Shown here piece by piece: positions 61,334 to 64,000 of a stretch of 64,000 bases of DNA (position 1 is its first letter; every line of letters begins with the position of its first letter). The stretch comes from Desulfobacterales bacterium (GTDB taxonomy: Bacteria; Desulfobacterota; Desulfobacteria; Desulfobacterales; C00003060), in the NCBI GenBank assembly GCA_030616475.1, contig JAUWXF010000002.1, forward strand, positions 18 through 64,017, written 5' to 3'. The notes beneath the pieces are model-generated. The model saw only the letters and a list, made by a program, of their open reading frames with translations. It was not told where the DNA came from and made no database searches. The translations under genes and the position numbers were made by a program.

Positions 61334-63997
61334 TTACTTTACTACTCTTCTTACAGCCTCTATGAGATCAACATTACTGCGACATTCATTAGCTACAACG
61401 TAGCCGATTTCATGCCCGTCAACCTCGATTTTTACTGTATTGTGTACGTGAATTTCCTTATCGCTATCATTTTCTGTAAGGTGCCTCGCTATCGCCTCAC
61501 CAATTTTATCAGGGTCCATCCCCATATCATCGAGAAAGTTAGACCGCTGCGGCTCATAGGTCGGCACTACCCACTCAGGTCCCATCTCGCCGGCAAATGA
61601 CAGGCCTGAAGTTAACCCACCATATTGAAGACCGGGTAAAGTAATTTTTAAATTCTTTAATTGTGCTACTATTGACGCCACAAGAGCCGCATAATCCATC
61701 CCAAAACCTTTCATGAAATCAAGGTACTCTGGGATAAATGCCAACAATTCATCAACTTCCCCCTCCATGGCAGTCGCTAAAAGCTTGGCGTATTTGGTTG
61801 CATAATATTCCGCACTCTGGACAGGGGCCAAGGCGCCTCCCGTCAGACTCTCTATCATCGCATCAATGGATTTTATAGATTTATCAAGAGCGGTCTCCAG
61901 TTCTTCTAACGCCTGCAATTGAAGCTCGTAGGCATAGTTAAGATCATCCAGAGCCAGGCCGAGGACTTCGGCTGCCGCAACTTGCTCATCATACCACTTG
62001 TCGAGAGCAAGTTTTTTGAGTTCATATTCTGTTAACGTGAGATCGTTAATAATATCTTGCCAGCCTTCCACCACGCTCTTTTCAAGGGCTTCTATCTGTA
62101 GATCGTATGCTCGGTTGACTTTATCCAGGGAGAGTCCCAGTTCTTCGGCTGTCTCTTTCTGCTTTGTGTACCACTTCTCGATCCCAAGTTTTTTAAGTTC
62201 TGTGGCGCCTAGCGTTAACCCATCTATGATAGCCGTGATTGCATCAAGAAAGTCATTTACTTTGTTTGCATAATCTGGAATCTCCGGCATCTCAGGAAGC
62301 TTGGGAGTAAGTAGATCTTCCATATACTCGATAGCGGGGTCTAACCACCAGCTAGTGAAAGGCGTAGCAACCTTCTTAACCCTCTTCCAAAGCCTCTTAA
62401 CAAACCCTCCGAGACCATATCCTTCTAATTGTTCCTTCGGAATTCTACGTTCTCGGATCGCATCCATCACTGATTTACCGTAGTATTCTACGGTATCAAC
62501 AGGTTGGACGTATTCACCGGCGGTAGCTCTGATAATTACGTCATCAGCTCTTTTGCTAGATGATATTCCGGGAATTTCACCGCCAGCAGCCATACTAGCG
62601 GCGGCAGTGGCGGCGGCGGTGCTTTTGGCTGTAATAGCAGCTATCAGCCCCTCAGAAAATAAACCCATAGTAGCCATGGACTTCAAAAACATGGCAGCGC
62701 CAGCGGCTGCCGACGCACCCCATGATGCGGCTGCCTGAGCAGAAGCTAAAGCTAGTGCACTAGGAAGTGCTGCTAAATTTGCCGCTATTTGAGCGGTCAT
62801 TGTAGCAGCCATGATTGATTTTGAGGTAGCCATTAAAATTAATTGTTGTACACCAATTTTTATCAGTGTTTCGATTGCTATCCTTAAAGTCGCTTCACCT
62901 AAAGCTTTGTATGTTTCTTCCCATGTTTTCGCACGAGTTATAAAATCAGTCATAGCAGTAGCAAAGGTGCTGGAAACACTTGCCATTGCATCGCCAATAT
63001 CGAGCCAGGCGTCTACTCCGTTTTCTCGTATTTCTTCCCAAGTTAGTCCCCATTCCTTGCGAAGCGCATTTGCGACTTGATGTTCTTTTTCCCATTGCTT
63101 TTCCCGAGCTTTAGCTATCTTTCCCGTTACTTTTAACAGATCCGTTTCAGCTTTTATCTTATCTTCAACTGCCTTTAAATACTCCTCATTTGCTACATTG
63201 GTAGATTTTCTAAGTTCCTCATAAACTTCGGTTTTCTTTTTCAACACCTCTCTTGCAAATGCTTCTTCAAGTTGAAGCTTTGCAAGATTCGCCTCTTCGA
63301 TTGACGCTATTCCAGCTTGAGCAAGCAACCCCAAACCAACTTGCTGAAGCCCTAACAGCGTAGCGTGTAATTCGATTTCATCATCAAGTCTTTTGTCTCG
63401 ATATTTCTGTCGAATCTCATCTATTTCGGTTTGTAGTAAATTTTCACTTTCTATTTCATATTTCTTAGCCTGATCATCATAATCCTTCTTTGCTTCAAAA
63501 GCCTTTTTAAAATTAGCCAATCTTTTATTATGACTAATTCCAGCAGCCGCTATTTCTGCTTGTTCCCTTTCGCCAAGAGCCTTATGATGAAATTGTTCTA
63601 TTTTGTCGAAGAAGTCCTGATACGTCCTTTTCTCCTTATCTAAACTATCTCTGAACTTTTTAAGAGCCTTTGCCCTAATATTAACAAGAATTGCCTGAAT
63701 CTTTTCTTCTGTGGCGACTCTGGTTTTAGCATCCTCCAGCTCCATCGCGTATCTTATTTTTAAAGATTCTCTCTTTTTCGTTATTTCCTTTTCTGTTCTA
63801 TCAAATACATCCAGTAAACGATCTTGATCAAGCCTGCCCAGCGTCTGGTAATACGTACCCCACGCATGCCATTCCTTGTCCAAGAGCATTTCTAAATTAG
63901 TGAGGCGACTTTCAAGCAAATCCTTTGCAGTTTTAGCCGCATCCTCAAAATACACCACGAGCATTTGAGACATTTTATCTATAGTCGCAGGATCCAA
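61334..63997 (-). CDS. phage tail tape-measure-like protein (5' end may lie outside the window)
   Basis: At least 887 aa. It has long coiled-coil stretches and a central Ala/Gly-rich hydrophobic block (AANLAALPSALALASAQAAASWGASAAAGAAMF...). A C-terminal AGEMGPEWVVP resembles the GEAGPEA motif of tape-measure proteins. Confidence 0.7.
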   Translation of the reverse strand: MDPATIDKMSQMLVVYFEDAAKTAKDLLESRLTNLEMLLDKEWHAWGTYYQTLGRLDQDRLLDVFDRTEKEITKKRESLKIRYAMELEDAKTRVATEEKIQAILVNIRAKALKKFRDSLDKEKRTYQDFFDKIEQFHHKALGEREQAEIAAAGISHNKRLANFKKAFEAKKDYDDQAKKYEIESENLLQTEIDEIRQKYRDKRLDDEIELHATLLGLQQVGLGLLAQAGIASIEEANLAKLQLEEAFAREVLKKKTEVYEELRKSTNVANEEYLKAVEDKIKAETDLLKVTGKIAKAREKQWEKEHQVANALRKEWGLTWEEIRENGVDAWLDIGDAMASVSSTFATAMTDFITRAKTWEETYKALGEATLRIAIETLIKIGVQQLILMATSKSIMAATMTAQIAANLAALPSALALASAQAAASWGASAAAGAAMFLKSMATMGLFSEGLIAAITAKSTAAATAAASMAAGGEIPGISSSKRADDVIIRATAGEYVQPVDTVEYYGKSVMDAIRERRIPKEQLEGYGLGGFVKRLWKRVKKVATPFTSWWLDPAIEYMEDLLTPKLPEMPEIPDYANKVNDFLDAITAIIDGLTLGATELKKLGIEKWYTKQKETAEELGLSLDKVNRAYDLQIEALEKSVVEGWQDIINDLTLTEYELKKLALDKWYDEQVAAAEVLGLALDDLNYAYELQLQALEELETALDKSIKSIDAMIESLTGGALAPVQSAEYYATKYAKLLATAMEGEVDELLAFIPEYLDFMKGFGMDYAALVASIVAQLKNLKITLPGLQYGGLTSGLSFAGEMGPEWVVPTYEPQRSNFLDDMGMDPDKIGEAIARHLTENDSDKEIHVHNTVKIEVDGHEIGYVVANECRSNVDLIEAVRRVVK

Positions 63998-64000
63998 TCC

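Overview
This is a bacterial chromosomal window. All calls come from reading the sequence and the ORF translations. No searches were run, so family names are recognised from memory. The backbone (about 1-7960 and 34165-50850) carries housekeeping genes: tRNA-Leu, ribF, a NUDIX hydrolase, fmt, rsmB, a PASTA protein, rpe, tRNA-Sec, an M20 peptidase, larC, pgpA, cinA/pncC, thpR, recA, alaS, purM, an aminotransferase, hom, an ApgM-type mutase and an initiator-like tRNA-Met. Its intergenic regions are filled with two unusual repeat classes. One is hairpins whose arms are built from degenerate tandem 7-10-nt words. The other is GC-rich CTGCCCGCC-type elements, one of which sits in frame inside the ApgM-like gene. 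A roughly 205-nt hairpin element also occurs twice, with fully compensated changes in its terminal arms. Between the PASTA gene and rpe lies a visibly more AT-rich segment of about 26 kb (about 7961-34140). It contains three notable parts. (i) A tightly packed seven-gene operon (8612-16458): RHH regulator, Nmad2-like/DNA-methyltransferase fusion, P-loop ATPase, single-HKD PLD nuclease, paralogous P-loop ATPase, HerA-like ATPase and an unknown protein. It matches no defence-system architecture I know and is my best candidate for an undescribed methylation-linked defence system. (ii) A liv-type ABC transporter operon split by a radical-SAM / TPR membrane protein / SAM-methyltransferase trio. (iii) An integron-like array of at least five structured attC-like sites (25243-33437). 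These separate compact same-strand cassettes: a PD-(D/E)xK protein, an OMP-like pair, a NERD protein, and a MrfB/MrfA-like exonuclease-helicase pair. A second integrated element begins at the tRNA-Met 3' end (50852 to the window end). It carries a tyrosine integrase, small RHH proteins, a trypsin-like protease with a possible trypco2-like partner, a frameshifted NYN gene and a phage tape-measure-like gene. No rRNA genes or CRISPR arrays were found.
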